From an uncultured Methanosarcinales archaeon (GTDB lineage: Archaea; Nanobdellota; Nanobdellia; Woesearchaeales; UBA583), in assembly GCA_964351975.1 (NCBI GenBank), contig CAYGPK010000003.1:24738-88737 (forward strand): a stretch of DNA of 64,000 nt. Reading direction: 5' to 3'. The stretch's first letter is position 1. Each line of letters starts with the position of its first letter. Below the pieces are notes generated by a model that ran no database searches, had not been told where the DNA came from, and was given only the letters and a program-made list of their open reading frames with translations. Shown piece after piece: positions 63,351 to 64,000 of the stretch. The translations under genes and the position numbers were made by a program.

Positions 63351-63370
63351 CAAATCCCAGCAGTAGCTTT
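63351..63370 (+). repeat. exact 20-nt second copy of the tRNA-Thr 3' end
   Basis: CAAATCCCAGCAGTAGCTTT occurs at 63222-63241 and again at 63351-63370. The second copy is preceded by GAGAG. Confidence 0.85.
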
Positions 63371-63525
63371 TGTTAATTCTAGATATTAGTTGATCTTTGG
63401 ACAAAGCCTTGATAGACCAATCAATTCTACAAAAATTATTTAATAAGTTACTTAGAATTTTGTGGATTTACTTAAAATTAATATTAAACAAATTTATAAA
63501 CAAAAAACAAAATAATTATATTAAT

Positions 63526-64000
63526 ATGTTCCATAGAAAAGGAATTACTCCTGTTGTTGCATTTGCTTTATTATTAGTTATTTCAGTTATATCAGTTACT
63601 GTATTTAATATGTGGTTTGGTGATTTTGTATCTTCTCTTCAAGTAAATGTGGAGTCTAATTCAAAAGAATTTGATGCTTCAACAGAAAACATTTTAGGAG
63701 TAGTGTCAAATACTCTATTTTTTAATAATAAATATGGTGCAACAATTGGTATAAACGATATTAAAGTTGGAAATCTTAATTGTGGTGTTTCACCTTATAT
63801 TGGAGTTGGAGTTCAAGAAATTTTATTAGAGAATTGTACTCCAAATCTTATTGGTATTCAAGATGTAACAGTTTATACAAATAAGGGTGTATTTACAAGA
63901 AAATTTAATTTAAAAGGTTCTGGTGATTTAAGTGGTTTTTTTGTAGACTCAGTTGTTGAGGGTTTAACATATAATACTTCAACTAAAAATGGTATAACAA
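63526..64000 (+). CDS. pilin-headed protein, paralogue of the 3434 gene, 3' end cut by window edge
   Basis: MFHRKGITPVVAFALLLVISVISVTVFNMWF...VESNS parallels KKGIGPVIASSLLIVVAVVAIIGFQTWF...VESQS. Later NDIKVGNLNCGVS...VTVYTNKGVFTRKF parallels TDVKIGGNSCGIS...AVVYTNKGPYSTYF. Not in the ORF track because the frame is open-ended. Confidence 0.7.
   Translation, partial: MFHRKGITPVVAFALLLVISVISVTVFNMWFGDFVSSLQVNVESNSKEFDASTENILGVVSNTLFFNNKYGATIGINDIKVGNLNCGVSPYIGVGVQEILLENCTPNLIGIQDVTVYTNKGVFTRKFNLKGSGDLSGFFVDSVVEGLTYNTSTKNGIT

Noticed and set aside
63219-63357. Non-canonical intron in the T-loop of tRNA-Thr (second 3' copy as the true 3' exon)
   Set aside because: The first copy already gives a complete cloverleaf. 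I could not build a bulge-helix-bulge motif at the putative junctions. It is kept only as an alternative hypothesis in the finding.
1-64000. CRISPR arrays, rRNA genes, transposases/integrases, alternative genetic code
   Set aside because: No regularly spaced direct repeats, rRNA-like GC-rich blocks or recombinase motifs were seen. TGA, TAA and TAG all terminate well-supported genes (for example the ATGA and TAATG overlaps), so the standard code fits.

Overview
AT-rich (about 30% GC, estimated by eye, not computed), gene-dense archaeal chromosome segment. The archaeal markers are RFC small subunit, Hef helicase-nuclease, TFE, aIF1A, aIF5A, ribosomal protein L40e, Kae1, SMC, SepF, RNase Z and three tandem archaellins. 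Many genes have a BRE/TATA box (AACAAA + TTTATAA-like) centred about 26 nt upstream of the ATG, so transcripts look leaderless. Together with the many small hypothetical and membrane proteins, this suggests a small-genome DPANN-type archaeon (inference). Housekeeping genes include trmI, pyrC, pyrD, a SufU/IscU scaffold, a Grx-BolA pair, dus, cmk, and tRNA-Asn, tRNA-Ile and tRNA-Thr. Several genes look bacterial in type: Lnt-like acyltransferase, SLT lytic transglycosylase, SppA, GST, nitroreductase and DedA. The most unusual content falls into five groups. (1) A co-directional cluster (621-9696) of very large proteins with class III (type IV pilin-like) signal peptides. One combines LamG, SPRY and three tail-fibre-like repeats, and the cluster ends with an archaellin domain fused to a polytopic membrane domain. 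(2) A minus-strand cluster holding a lipobox lipoprotein, a mini-pilin, a His-rich protein and an Lnt-like enzyme. (3) Both tRNA loci are followed 110-130 nt downstream by a second copy of the tRNA 3' portion, each preceded by GAGAG. (4) A family of conserved hairpin elements sits in three convergent intergenic regions. (5) There is a promoter/terminator-flanked G+T-rich candidate ncRNA, an Mtq2-type methylase fused to a Bud32-like kinase, a HEPN (RNxxxH) protein, and a 5' duplication/uORF in front of smc. No CRISPR array, rRNA or clear transposase/integrase was seen.
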